A DNA stretch of 54,866 bases from a virus (IMGVR_UViG_3300043425_000164:1-54866), one strand, 5' to 3'; positions 44,744-54,862 are shown, counted from the first letter of the stretch. Translations and numbers: made by a program. Notes: generated from the letters alone by a model not told the origin.

Positions 44744-46650
44744 GCAGAATAGTTACGTTGGATATGGAAACTTACTACGACAAAGACTATAGCCTCAAGA
44801 AATTAACCACCGAGTCTTATATAAGAGATGAGCGGTTTGAGGTTATCGGTGTCGCAGTTAAGGTAGATGATTACCCCGTGGACTGGTTTAGCGGATCCAT
44901 GGAAGAGACTAAACAATGGCTAAGCGCCTTATCTTGGCAGGACTATTACCTGCTATGTCATAACACGGCATTTGACGGGGCGATTCTTAACTGGCACTTC
45001 GGAATCAAACCCAAGTTCTACTTAGACACCTTATCCATGTCTCGCCCAATTACAGGACTATCAGTCGGTGGCTCCCTGGCAGCGCTAGCTGAGTTCTACA
45101 ACATCGGCAAAAAAGGTAAGGAAGTTATTAATGCACTTGGTAAGAGGCGCGTTGACTTCACGAGTGTTGACTTAGAGCAGTACGGTAACTACTGTAAAAA
45201 TGATACACAGCTTACTTATCAGCTATTTAATATCCTCAAGAACGACATCCCTAAAAAAGAGTTATATATCATTGACTTAATGGTTCGGATGTTTACTGAC
45301 CCCGTATTAGAACTGGATGAAGGTAAGTTAGAAACTCATCTAATTAACGTACAAAAGAAAAAAGAACTCCTTATGGATCGGTTGTTTAGTGCTAATCAAG
45401 ATATTGCTGTGGACATGATTGAGCAACGACTAGAAGGAGCAACTAAAGAAGAGATTGTTCGAAAAATGCTCATGAGCAATCCACAATTTGCAGAAGTATT
45501 AAAGAAACTAAATGTAGAACCACCGACAAAGATTAGTGCACGCACAGGAAAGGAAGCATATGCGTTTGGAAAGACGGATCAAGCATTCAAAGCGTTACTC
45601 GATCATGAAGATGAACGAGTACAAGCCGTCGTGTCAGCTAGGCTTGGAATCAAGAGCACTTTGGAAGAAACTAGAACGGCTTCGTTTATTGGAATCTCGC
45701 AAAGGGGGCCACTTCCCATCATGCTTAATTACTATGGGGCGCACACGGGTCGTGCATCAGGGGGAGATAAAATCAATTTACAAAATCTCCCACGGGGAGG
45801 TGAACTACGTAAAAGTATTAAATCACCCAAGGGGCACTTACTTGTGGCATCAGATTCGGCGCAAATCGAAGCCCGAGTGGTTGCTTGGCTGGCGGGAGAA
45901 ACGTCGCTTGTCGAAGACTTTAGAAAGAACGTAGATATTTATTCTAAATTTGCATCGGAGGTATATGGTTACTCTGTTCAAAAGGAAACGCATCCGACAG
46001 AACGCTTCGTCGGTAAAACCTGCATTTTGGGTCTCGGCTATGGCATGGGTGCGGAAAAATTTAAGGGCACTCTCAAAATAGGTGTTGCTGGTATATCGGT
46101 AGACTTACCGCTTTCAGAAGCCCAGCGAGTTGTAAAACTCTATCGGGACTCATACCCCTACATTGCTAAGCTATGGAAACAAGGTCAAGAAGCACTTGAG
46201 TCCATGATCGCAGGGCATGAGTATGAATTGGGAGAGGCTATAAAACTTAAATGTACGGGTAATAAGATATGGCTACCCAACGGTATGTTTATTAACTACC
46301 CGAATCTCCGTAAGTCAGGCAATGAATTCTTATATGATTCCCGTTATGGCCCAAACAAAATCTATGGTGGTAAGGTAATTGAGAATGTCGTGCAGGCTTT
46401 GGCTCGTATCGTGGTGTTCGATCAAATGGCTAAAATTGACCAAGAGTTTAGGAAACTTGACACCCCTACAAAACGACATAAAGTTTGCTTAACTGTGCAT
46501 GACGAGATTGTTGCAGTCGTACCCAAAAACTATGTAGAAGAAGCGGTACATTTCATGGGTAAGATTATGTTGCAGACACCATCGTGGTGTAGTGATTTGC
46601 CTGTATCGTTTGAAGCTGATTCGGGTGAGAGCTATGGGGATTGCAAATAA
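44740..46650 (+). CDS. polA: Family A DNA polymerase with 3'-5' exonuclease domain
   Basis: Exonuclease motifs DMET and HNTAFD; motif A DSAQIEAR; motif B KTCILGLGYG; motif C VHDE. Confidence 0.93.
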   Translation: MSRIVTLDMETYYDKDYSLKKLTTESYIRDERFEVIGVAVKVDDYPVDWFSGSMEETKQWLSALSWQDYYLLCHNTAFDGAILNWHFGIKPKFYLDTLSMSRPITGLSVGGSLAALAEFYNIGKKGKEVINALGKRRVDFTSVDLEQYGNYCKNDTQLTYQLFNILKNDIPKKELYIIDLMVRMFTDPVLELDEGKLETHLINVQKKKELLMDRLFSANQDIAVDMIEQRLEGATKEEIVRKMLMSNPQFAEVLKKLNVEPPTKISARTGKEAYAFGKTDQAFKALLDHEDERVQAVVSARLGIKSTLEETRTASFIGISQRGPLPIMLNYYGAHTGRASGGDKINLQNLPRGGELRKSIKSPKGHLLVASDSAQIEARVVAWLAGETSLVEDFRKNVDIYSKFASEVYGYSVQKETHPTERFVGKTCILGLGYGMGAEKFKGTLKIGVAGISVDLPLSEAQRVVKLYRDSYPYIAKLWKQGQEALESMIAGHEYELGEAIKLKCTGNKIWLPNGMFINYPNLRKSGNEFLYDSRYGPNKIYGGKVIENVVQALARIVVFDQMAKIDQEFRKLDTPTKRHKVCLTVHDEIVAVVPKNYVEEAVHFMGKIMLQTPSWCSDLPVSFEADSGESYGDCK

Positions 46651-46715
46651 TGAAAATAGGAGTAATATAGACACACCACGAAATGCAGTTTGTGGTGATA
46701 CTCATTGGAGAAAAT

Positions 46716-47369
46716 ATGGCACTTCCATCAGCATGGACATTCTCAGGCTTAGAAAAGTTTGAGACTTGCCCTAGACAGTTCTACCATGTCAGGGTTAAAC
46801 GAGATATAAAAGAGCCCCCTACCGAAGCAACAAAATGGGGTGAACGAGTGCATCAGGCACTAGAACTTAGAGTTACGCAAGGGTTTAAGTTACCTGAAGG
46901 CATGGAGCAGTGGGAAGGTTTAGCGGCTAAGTTAGCTGAAGTACCCGGCAAGAAGTTAGCTGAGTACAAGCTAGCCGTGAATGACAGTTTTGAAGCCTGC
47001 GAGTGGACTGAGGCATGGAGCCGTGGTATCGCAGACTTGATAATTGTTGCAGGTAAAAAAGCAATTAACTTAGATTACAAAACAGGAAAACGTAAACCAA
47101 CCGAGCAGTTAGCGTTGTATGCAGGTTATACGTTTGCTCATTTTCCTGAAGTAGAAGAAGTTGAGACGGGGTTTGTTTGGCTCAAGGACAAAAAGATTGA
47201 CAAAGAAAAGTTCACACGAGAAGACATACCCAAGATATGGCAGGAGTTTTTACCACGGGTGATTAAATTAGAGTCAGCATATGAGCGGGATTCTTGGCCT
47301 TGCAAACCGTCAGGTTTATGTAAAGGCTGGTGTCCTGTAAAGACTTGCGATTATTACAAAGACAAGTGA
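46716..47369 (+). CDS. PD-(D/E)XK (Cas4/RecB-like) exonuclease
   Basis: CPRQFY, GIADL, DYKTGK, QLALY and C..C...C motifs. Confidence 0.85.
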   Translation: MALPSAWTFSGLEKFETCPRQFYHVRVKRDIKEPPTEATKWGERVHQALELRVTQGFKLPEGMEQWEGLAAKLAEVPGKKLAEYKLAVNDSFEACEWTEAWSRGIADLIIVAGKKAINLDYKTGKRKPTEQLALYAGYTFAHFPEVEEVETGFVWLKDKKIDKEKFTREDIPKIWQEFLPRVIKLESAYERDSWPCKPSGLCKGWCPVKTCDYYKDK

Positions 47370-47373
47370 TACT

Positions 47374-47709
47374 ATGGCACAGACCCCTGAAGGTAAAGTA
47401 AAAGACGCAATTAAGAAGGTCTTAGATACACACGGGTTTTGGCGGGCTGGAACTAAAAAGCCTGACCAAGTAGAAGGATGGTATTACATGCCAGTATCCA
47501 ACGGCATGGGAGTTCATGGAATTCCTGATTTTGTATGTTGTTGGAAAGGTAAGTTCTTCTGCATTGAGGCAAAGGCTTCGGGAGGCACAACAACGGCAAA
47601 TCAAGACGCAAGGCATGATGAAATTCGTGCGGCTAAAGGATGGGTGTTAGTTGTTAATAATAAAGAAGTATTAGAGGAGTTTTTAGAAAATGCCCGACAT
47701 AGTAGATAA
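47374..47709 (+). CDS. VRR-NUC nuclease (Holliday junction resolvase-like)
   Basis: TPEGKVK, GIPDF, IEAK and T..Q motifs. Confidence 0.85.
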   Translation: MAQTPEGKVKDAIKKVLDTHGFWRAGTKKPDQVEGWYYMPVSNGMGVHGIPDFVCCWKGKFFCIEAKASGGTTTANQDARHDEIRAAKGWVLVVNNKEVLEEFLENARHSR

Positions 47710-47887
47710 GGCAAACGATTTAGTATCGCTAAGTGAAGAACTTGCTTTGCGAGAAATTCGTTCCATGAAACCCGAAGCCGTGTACACAGGCGAATGCTTG
47801 TTATGCGGTGAGGAACTTGAGCCACCAAAAAGATGGTGCGATGCGGATCATCGTGACCGTTGGGAACTTGAAAGGAAACGCAAATGA
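47690..47887 (+). CDS. DksA/TraR-like zinc-finger protein
   Basis: D..D.AN...CLLCGE...RWCD..H. Confidence 0.65.
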   Translation: MPDIVDKANDLVSLSEELALREIRSMKPEAVYTGECLLCGEELEPPKRWCDADHRDRWELERKRK

Positions 47888-48147
47888 ACAAAGGCGGACC
47901 GACAAAAGCAGCTTACGATAAAGCGTATAATGCAAAACCCGATCAGCTAAAGAAAAGAGCAGCACGTAATGCCGCACGTCGTGAACTTATGGCGGATGGC
48001 AAAGTAAGTAAAGGTGACGGAAAAGATGTAGATCACAAGAAGCCACTCAAAAACGGAGGCACAAACGCTAAAAGTAACTTAAAAGTTACTAGCCAAACTG
48101 CGAACCGTGGATGGAGAAAAGGCAAAAGTGGCTACTCGGTTGATTAG
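47884..48147 (+). CDS. Small HNH endonuclease
   Basis: KGDGKDVDHKKPL..GG.N..SNL......NR. Confidence 0.85.
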   Translation: MNKGGPTKAAYDKAYNAKPDQLKKRAARNAARRELMADGKVSKGDGKDVDHKKPLKNGGTNAKSNLKVTSQTANRGWRKGKSGYSVD

Positions 48148-48379
48148 AAGAATAAACACAACATACTTAGCAAGAATATTAGGTGTTGATTGTGTAGAAG
48201 AGACGTACTATCCGTGTGAGGATGAAGTGCGGTATGTGTGTCTCACCGAAGGCAACGAAGTATGTAGTATGAGATTTACTGACGATACACCATTAGAAGA
48301 CCGCATAGCGGCGATGTTGGTGTCAATAAGGATAGAACATGGCAACGATAGTGAAGGAAAAGGAGGCTGTACTCCTTAG
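48128..48379 (+). CDS. Hypothetical protein
   Basis: Fills the operon gap; GTG start. Confidence 0.55.
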   Translation: MATRLIRRINTTYLARILGVDCVEETYYPCEDEVRYVCLTEGNEVCSMRFTDDTPLEDRIAAMLVSIRIEHGNDSEGKGGCTP

Positions 48380-49904
48380 GCTACGCAACCCCGCAAGGGT
48401 TACAACGGTCATCCCGACCGCCAAGAAGATAATGCATAAAGGTGTGGAATTAGTAGCTGTTCCACATCGACCTGATGAAGCTCGCATTCTCAAACAGTTA
48501 GGTTACGAAACACCTGACCCAATGAAGTTGCACTACGAATGGCCAAAAGCAGGGGGTCGATTTCTACCTTTTGCCGCCCAGGTTGAGACCGCTAACTTTG
48601 TAACCATGCACAACAGATGTTTCATACTTAATAGTATGGGCACAGGCAAGACCGTAAGTTCGTTGTGGGCTTATGACTATATGCGTAGCCGTAAACAGGT
48701 AAACAAAGCCCTTATCGTATGCCCACTTAGCACCATGGAACGCACATGGGCTGACGAAGTATTCAAGACATTTCCCCATCTCGATGCTCAGGTATTGTAT
48801 GGGACTCGTGAACGTCGGCGCAAACTGCTAAAAGAAGACTCTCATTTGTACATCATCAATACAGATGGACTAAAAACTATTGAAGACGACTTAAAGAATA
48901 GAACTGACATTGACCTACTAATCATTGATGAAGTAGCCATGTTCAGAAACGGTAGCACCAATCGTTGGAAGACCATGAACGCTATTGCAAACAAGCAGTG
49001 TTCTCGTCGTATATGGGCTTTGACCGGTATGCCAACACCAAATGCACCTACCGACTCATGGGCACAATGCAAACTTGTCAATCCAAATAATACGGTTGTC
49101 CCTAGTTACTTTACCAAGGCTAGGGATGCGCTCATGCGGCAAGTCAGTCCATTCAAGTGGGTTCCACGAGACAACGCTAATGATGTAGTCAAAGAGTGGA
49201 TGCAACCCGCCATTCGATTTAGCCTAGACGATTGCACAGATTTGCCCGAGCAGATTCATATGTCCCGACAAGTTGAGATGTCAGACGAGCAGAAAAAAGC
49301 CTACAAAGAAATGTTCGGTAAGCTAAAGACTGAGTTTGAAGGCGGTGAGATCTTAGCGGTCAACGAAGCAGTTAAAGCCAACAAGCTTGTACAGATTGCC
49401 TGCGGTGTGGCTTATGGGTCAGGTGGCGAACCAATTATTCTGCCTTCGGCTCAACGACTAGACGTACTGCAGGAAGTCATAGAAGAATCTGAGGGCAAAG
49501 TTATTGTGTTTGTCCCGCTAACCGCTGTGCTTGAGCATGTGGCTGAGCATCTGAGTAAAACCTGGGAAGTTGCAATTGTCCATGGAGAAACATCGAAGTC
49601 AGACCGAGACGAGATATTTAGGGCATTTCAGCACTCCCCAAATCCACATGTGTTGGTGGCTAATCCAGGAACTATGAGCCACGGGTTAACCCTAACCCAA
49701 GCTACAACCATAGTCTGGTACGCACCAGTCCATTCGAACGACACTTATGAGCAGGCTTGTGCAAGGGTTCGCAGACCTGGTCAAACAAGAACAACAGTGA
49801 TTGTGCATATCTCTGGTTCTGAAATCGAGCGTAGGATTTACGAGCGGTTGAAGACGAAACAAAAAATGCAAGGTTTGCTCTTAGACATGATGAAGGAACT
49901 ATAG
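48339..49904 (+). CDS. SNF2-like (superfamily 2) helicase
   Basis: MGTGKT, IIDE, LTGMP, HGLTL and QA.AR..RPGQ motifs. Confidence 0.9.
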   Translation: MATIVKEKEAVLLRLRNPARVTTVIPTAKKIMHKGVELVAVPHRPDEARILKQLGYETPDPMKLHYEWPKAGGRFLPFAAQVETANFVTMHNRCFILNSMGTGKTVSSLWAYDYMRSRKQVNKALIVCPLSTMERTWADEVFKTFPHLDAQVLYGTRERRRKLLKEDSHLYIINTDGLKTIEDDLKNRTDIDLLIIDEVAMFRNGSTNRWKTMNAIANKQCSRRIWALTGMPTPNAPTDSWAQCKLVNPNNTVVPSYFTKARDALMRQVSPFKWVPRDNANDVVKEWMQPAIRFSLDDCTDLPEQIHMSRQVEMSDEQKKAYKEMFGKLKTEFEGGEILAVNEAVKANKLVQIACGVAYGSGGEPIILPSAQRLDVLQEVIEESEGKVIVFVPLTAVLEHVAEHLSKTWEVAIVHGETSKSDRDEIFRAFQHSPNPHVLVANPGTMSHGLTLTQATTIVWYAPVHSNDTYEQACARVRRPGQTRTTVIVHISGSEIERRIYERLKTKQKMQGLLLDMMKEL

Positions 49905-49916
49905 GGAAAACCCCTA

Positions 49917-49945
49917 TGTAACATACACACGTTTGAGAGTATAGT
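49917..49945 (+). promoter_or_regulatory. Putative promoter for the SSB/primase operon
   Basis: TATAGT -10 box with a weak -35; flanked by a TAGGGAAAACCCCTA palindrome and an ATACACACGTT motif. Confidence 0.4.
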
Positions 49946-49964
49946 TGTAAACACAGGAGGTAAT

Positions 49965-50345
49965 ATGAAACTTAGTGACTTAGTATCAAAGTACATCGAG
50001 CTTCGAGATAAGAAGTACGAACTCAAGCATCAGTACGAATTTAAAGCAGGAAAAATAGACGAAGTATTAGACAAGATAGAAGCAAAGCTTTTGGAAACAT
50101 TCGATACCGCAGGTATGGACTCATGTAAGACCGAGTTTGGAACTGCATATGCTTCCACAAGAAGTACTGCTAGCGTGGCTGATCCCGAGGCTTTTATGAA
50201 GCACGTGATTGAAAACGAAGAGTGGTCGTTGCTTGAAAAGCGCGTAGCTAAAGGCGCAGTAGAGCAATATAAAGAAGCAAATGGCGATATTCCCCCCGGT
50301 ATAAATTATCGTGAGGAACGTGTTGTCAATATTCGCAGATCGTAG
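49965..50345 (+). CDS. Conserved replication-module protein
   Basis: GGAGG SD; KTEFGT and IPPGIN motifs. Confidence 0.75.
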   Translation: MKLSDLVSKYIELRDKKYELKHQYEFKAGKIDEVLDKIEAKLLETFDTAGMDSCKTEFGTAYASTRSTASVADPEAFMKHVIENEEWSLLEKRVAKGAVEQYKEANGDIPPGINYREERVVNIRRS

Positions 50346-50377
50346 TAACCTAGTAACCCAACAGGAGAGTATTAAAA

Positions 50378-51286
50378 ATGACTAATATAGTCCCATTTGA
50401 GTCGGGTAATTTACCCGCTTACATTAAAGCATCAAACGTTTCTGAATTAAATCAAGACCTTACATCACATGCAAGTAGTGGCTTCCCCATTATGAGCATC
50501 AAAGGTAAATTATTTACCGTGGTTCGTGGCGATGATCGCAAGGTATTACCAAATCCAAAAGATCCCGATAGTCCTGCGACTGCCATTGACGTGATTATTG
50601 TTAAAGCAAACAAAGGTACATCAAAAGTATTCTACGCAAGCGGTTATTCCGAAGGCGGCGAAGCTAAGAAGCCTGACTGCTTTTCAAATCATGGTGATAA
50701 ACCTGATCCAAGTTCTAAGTCGCCTCAAGCCAAGTCTTGTGCAGTATGCCCACACAATCAGTGGGGTAGCAAGATCGGCGATAACGGCGGTAAGGGTAAG
50801 GCATGCCAAGATTCAGTCCGTATTGCAATTGCATCTCCGACATTAATTAATGACCCGATGTTATTGCGTGTTCCACCTGCGTCGATTCGTGCACTTGGCG
50901 AACTAGGTCAAGCGTGTGCTAAGCGTGGTGTGTCATACAATATGGTCGTTACAAAAATTGCGTTCGAGTTAGAGTCACCAACACCGAAGCTAACATTCAA
51001 ACCAGTTGGTCTTCTATCGGAAGAAGCGTTTGAGCAAGTTGCTCAGGTTGCAAACAGCGATGTTGTTAAGAACATCTTAGGCCCTGGATTTACCACGGAG
51101 CCTGCCGAACCAGCTGAGAAAGCAATTGCGCAAGCAAAAGAAAGTAGTAAGGAAGCATATCCAGCAATTAAACCAAAAGCAGAGCAAGCGGCTCCAGTAG
51201 AGGAGAAACCTGCAAAAGCAAAGGCTAAAGTTGCTGAGGTTGATATTAGTGGTCTAAACTTAGACGACTTAAATTTCGACGATTAA
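50378..51286 (+). CDS. Probable ssDNA-binding or annealing protein
   Basis: PDCFS, CAVCPHNQWGS and KGKAC motifs; acidic tail ending LNFDD. Confidence 0.7.
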   Translation: MTNIVPFESGNLPAYIKASNVSELNQDLTSHASSGFPIMSIKGKLFTVVRGDDRKVLPNPKDPDSPATAIDVIIVKANKGTSKVFYASGYSEGGEAKKPDCFSNHGDKPDPSSKSPQAKSCAVCPHNQWGSKIGDNGGKGKACQDSVRIAIASPTLINDPMLLRVPPASIRALGELGQACAKRGVSYNMVVTKIAFELESPTPKLTFKPVGLLSEEAFEQVAQVANSDVVKNILGPGFTTEPAEPAEKAIAQAKESSKEAYPAIKPKAEQAAPVEEKPAKAKAKVAEVDISGLNLDDLNFDD

Positions 51287-51299
51287 CATAGCAACCTAT

Positions 51300-51408
51300 A
51301 GCAGATGGGTGGGGCGCAGCAGCCCCTTTTGTCCTCCATCCTTCACGGGATACTAGCCTTAACGTCAAAGGTAATCTGCTGAAGACGTGACATTCGGGAG
51401 AGACCGAA
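51300..51408 (+). ncRNA. Putative multi-stem pseudoknotted RNA
   Basis: AGCAGAT/ATCTGCT closes three hairpins; loop ACGTC pairs with downstream GACGT; TTCGG-GAGAGA-CCGAA hairpin follows. Confidence 0.65.
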
Positions 51409-51426
51409 ACTAACTAGGAGCTATAA

Positions 51427-51681
51427 ATGAATGTACCCATAGAACAAAGAAAAGTAGCTGGCGTAGTTATTGAAGCCAGCCGTATATTGGCAGATAAAGG
51501 ATTTAACAGAGGTGAGATTATCCTAGGATTATCAGAATTAATTGGCAGATTAATTGTTGATTCAGTTGAGAACACAATTCAAGCAGAAGAATTAACAAAA
51601 ATCGTAGGCGGACACATCGCTAAAACAATTGAAATCGGAGTCCAAGCAACCCAAAAGCGTATTGTAACTCCAGGAGGTTAA
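51427..51681 (+). CDS. Hypothetical protein
   Basis: AGGAG SD. Confidence 0.75.
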   Translation: MNVPIEQRKVAGVVIEASRILADKGFNRGEIILGLSELIGRLIVDSVENTIQAEELTKIVGGHIAKTIEIGVQATQKRIVTPGG

Positions 51682-54615
51682 ATGAATACCCTTGAGTTTT
51701 TCAAGGCGATATTGCCCGCCGAGGGGGTTTACTTCCTTGCAATATTTAAGCCAAATTCAAAGGCACCTACCCACAAGGCTTACGAAAGTCTTGAGGATAT
51801 GGCTCATGCCGTGGCTGACATTGAGCAGAAGAACCCCACTTGGACTATCTACCATGCTTGCAGTTCCTATAAGCAGGCTAGTGTAGAAGTAGATGGTAAG
51901 AAGAAATATCGTGTAAAAGAAAACTGGGATTCTGCTAAAGCATTTTGGTGCGACATTGATTGCGGTGAAGATAAAGCCGAAGAAGGTAAAGGCTATGCAA
52001 CCAAAAGACTAGCGGCAGAAGCATTAGTTAAGTTTTGTAAAGACACAGGTTTTCCAACCCCGATGTTTATTGACTCGGGTAACGGAGTTCATTGCTATTG
52101 GCCTTTGGCTAAACCTATTCCTGCATCAGCATGGCAGGCTATGGCTAGCGAGATCAAGGCTATCTTTGACGCACATGGACTTTTAGTAGACCCATCAAGA
52201 ACAGCAGACTTTGCATCGATTCTTAGACCAGTCGGTTCTTTCCACAAGAAAGGCGATCCTAAAGAAGTTATATGTAAAAAGACTGTAGCGGATATTAAAC
52301 CGAGTGATTTGCTTGCCAAAATCAAAGAGTTATCTGTAACTCCAAAGAAAGAACCTGTTTATCAGGCGGCGGATAACGACGACTTAATTAGTCATGCCCC
52401 AGTAAACCTACCGTCTAGTGCTATTGAGATTGCAAACAAATGTAATCAAGTTGCGCAGATGCGGGATACAAAAGGCAATGTAGATTATGAGCATTGGAGG
52501 GGTGTAATCGGTATTATCAAGCACTGTACCGAGGGTGCTTATTTGGCTCACGAGTGGAGTTCAGGTCACCCACAATATAGTTACGATGATACACAGACTA
52601 AGTTTGATACTTGGAATACACCACCTACACTATGCAAACGCTTTAGCGAAGTAAACCCAAAGGGCTGTGAAGGCTGTCCACACAGCGGCAAGATTAGCAC
52701 TCCAATGGTTTTAGGACGTGTTGTCGAGCAACAGAAGGATTTAGTTGTTGAAGCCACTGTCGACGGTAAGACGATGGAGTTCCAAATACCTGAGTTCCCT
52801 GAGAACTTTAAGTATGAGAATGGTCAGATGGTTCGCTACATGCAGGATAAAGACGAAATCTGGCATGCCTTTCCGTTTGCACCTAACTTGTTTTACCCAA
52901 TCCACCGTATTAAAAAGGAAGACGGGACATTTAGTCTTGGCATTCGTTTGCACTTACCTGATAACAGAACTCGGGAATTTGCAATTGACACCAAGTTGCT
53001 AGCGTCTTCTCAAAAGCTACTTGACGGTTTGGGTGACTACGAGCTTTTTGCATTAACCACAAAAGACGCATCAAACCATATGACTGCTTATCTACGACAC
53101 TACTTAGAAAAGTTAATGGCTGAAGCTGAAGAGCTAAACACCATGACTTCGTTTGGCTGGCGTGAGGACTTACAGTCTTTCTTAATCGGTGATCGTTTGT
53201 ATCATCGTGACGGAACGATTCGTAAGGTACTTACCGGTGGCTACGCTAAAGACAAGGAATCTTCGTTTCCGCCTCCAAGGGGTACAACCCAGGGTTATGC
53301 CAAGGCATTGAACTTTTTATATAACAGATCGGGTTTAGAGTATCGCCAGTATGCGATTGCTTCGGGCTTCGGTTCTATCCTGACACCATTCGGGGATTCT
53401 TTATATAAAGGTTTGCTGTTTGCCATTACTGGTGCAGGTACATCAAGAGGTAAGACCACTTTATGCCGAGCCGCTTTGTATGCGTTTGGTGATGCGGACA
53501 AGATGACAATTAAGACCGAGAAAGGTGCTACATTAAATGCACGTAATGCTCGGATGGGAACATACAACAATATCCCGTTCTTATTTGACGAGTTGACCCA
53601 CATTGATGCAGAAGAGTTTTCCCAGCTTGCCTATACCGTATCGTTAGGTGAAGAGAAGGATCGCTTGACTGTAACCCGTGGCAATAGCGGAACCCGTATG
53701 GCGGCATCAAGTACATGGGCTATGAGTCCTTACGTTACTGCAAATACTGATCTGCATTCGATTCTTGCAAGCCGAGGCGACAGCCAAGCGGAAGCGGTGC
53801 GTCTAATTCAGATTCGTATCGACCAGTATCAAATGAGCGACCTAAAAGGTAGCGAAGTCACCGCAGCCATGAAACAGATGGAACTGAATATGGGTGCAGC
53901 GGGCGAGGAGTACATTAAATACGTCGTGACTCATATTGAGGAAGTTCTTGAACTCATGGCAAAGTGGGGCAAGCGTATTGAAAAAGACATCCCTGACCTG
54001 AAGTATCGCTTCTATCGTGCTCATGCAGTATGTTCAATGGCTGCGATGGAGATTACTAATCAACTTCATATCACCGAGTTTGATTTAGAAAAGCTCTATA
54101 CATTTGCCGTCGAACTGTTCCACGAGCTAGCCGAGGTTGTTACCGAGAAAAATACCATCAGTCCTGAAGAAGCTCTCAACCGTATGGTCACGGATTTATC
54201 TCCACGGGTTATTACGACTGTGGAATACCGAGATGCGCGTGACGGTCGGGGTCCTGAGGATGTAAGGTACAACAGTAACCATGCACCAGTTGGGCGTTAT
54301 ATTACTGGTAGTGCAAACAGCAAAGACAATCCATTAGCAGGTAAGTTGTTCTTGTGCCGCAAGGATGTACTTGAGTGGTGTGACAAACAGCGTGTTGATT
54401 CTAAGAACATGCTAGCTTATGCGCATCAGGCAGGTTTACTGATTGAGTGGAAAGACAAATTCACTATCGGAAAAGGAACTAAGATAACTACAGGAAACAC
54501 ACGTTGTATAGTTCTTGACTACGATAAGATGCAATCCGTAAGCGCAGAAGCTCCAAAACTTACTGTACACACATTAAAGCCAGTACAGTCTGGTAACACA
54601 GCTGTAAATAATTAG
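51682..54615 (+). CDS. Primase-helicase (RepB/AEP-like primase plus DUF927 helicase)
   Basis: WCDID and SGNGVHCYW primase motifs; C...CxxCPH; Walker A GTSRGKTT; FDELT. Confidence 0.85.
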   Translation: MNTLEFFKAILPAEGVYFLAIFKPNSKAPTHKAYESLEDMAHAVADIEQKNPTWTIYHACSSYKQASVEVDGKKKYRVKENWDSAKAFWCDIDCGEDKAEEGKGYATKRLAAEALVKFCKDTGFPTPMFIDSGNGVHCYWPLAKPIPASAWQAMASEIKAIFDAHGLLVDPSRTADFASILRPVGSFHKKGDPKEVICKKTVADIKPSDLLAKIKELSVTPKKEPVYQAADNDDLISHAPVNLPSSAIEIANKCNQVAQMRDTKGNVDYEHWRGVIGIIKHCTEGAYLAHEWSSGHPQYSYDDTQTKFDTWNTPPTLCKRFSEVNPKGCEGCPHSGKISTPMVLGRVVEQQKDLVVEATVDGKTMEFQIPEFPENFKYENGQMVRYMQDKDEIWHAFPFAPNLFYPIHRIKKEDGTFSLGIRLHLPDNRTREFAIDTKLLASSQKLLDGLGDYELFALTTKDASNHMTAYLRHYLEKLMAEAEELNTMTSFGWREDLQSFLIGDRLYHRDGTIRKVLTGGYAKDKESSFPPPRGTTQGYAKALNFLYNRSGLEYRQYAIASGFGSILTPFGDSLYKGLLFAITGAGTSRGKTTLCRAALYAFGDADKMTIKTEKGATLNARNARMGTYNNIPFLFDELTHIDAEEFSQLAYTVSLGEEKDRLTVTRGNSGTRMAASSTWAMSPYVTANTDLHSILASRGDSQAEAVRLIQIRIDQYQMSDLKGSEVTAAMKQMELNMGAAGEEYIKYVVTHIEEVLELMAKWGKRIEKDIPDLKYRFYRAHAVCSMAAMEITNQLHITEFDLEKLYTFAVELFHELAEVVTEKNTISPEEALNRMVTDLSPRVITTVEYRDARDGRGPEDVRYNSNHAPVGRYITGSANSKDNPLAGKLFLCRKDVLEWCDKQRVDSKNMLAYAHQAGLLIEWKDKFTIGKGTKITTGNTRCIVLDYDKMQSVSAEAPKLTVHTLKPVQSGNTAVNN

Positions 54616-54668
54616 GGTACTATATGGGTGCTGACACTGCCATGTTAGCTCTCCTGTGGTAAAAACTA

Positions 54669-54695
54669 ACCCCCGCTTCGGCGGGGGTCTTTTAT
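54669..54695. terminator. Bidirectional intrinsic terminator between the converging arms
   Basis: ACCCCCGC-TTCG-GCGGGGGT with a T-run downstream and an A-run upstream. Confidence 0.85.
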
Positions 54696-54818
54696 TTAAT
54701 ATTCGATGTATATTCGAAGTATTCCTAGGTCAAACACAACGAATCTTTCGTAATCTTCAGTCTCGACCATTTCAAATCCAAACATTACACCTTTAATTAA
54801 ATATAGATTAATAGACAT
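54696..54818 (-). CDS. 40-aa hypothetical protein, last late gene
   Basis: MSINLYLIKGVMFGFEMVE...LGILRIYIEY; AAGGA SD; ends at the terminator. Confidence 0.65.
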   Translation of the reverse strand: MSINLYLIKGVMFGFEMVETEDYERFVVFDLGILRIYIEY

Positions 54819-54862
54819 AATTTGATCCTTTATAGGGCTTCTACGGCTTCAAGGGCTACAAT
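54737..54862. repeat. Terminal overlap, copy 2
   Basis: Identical to positions 1-126. Confidence 0.95.
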
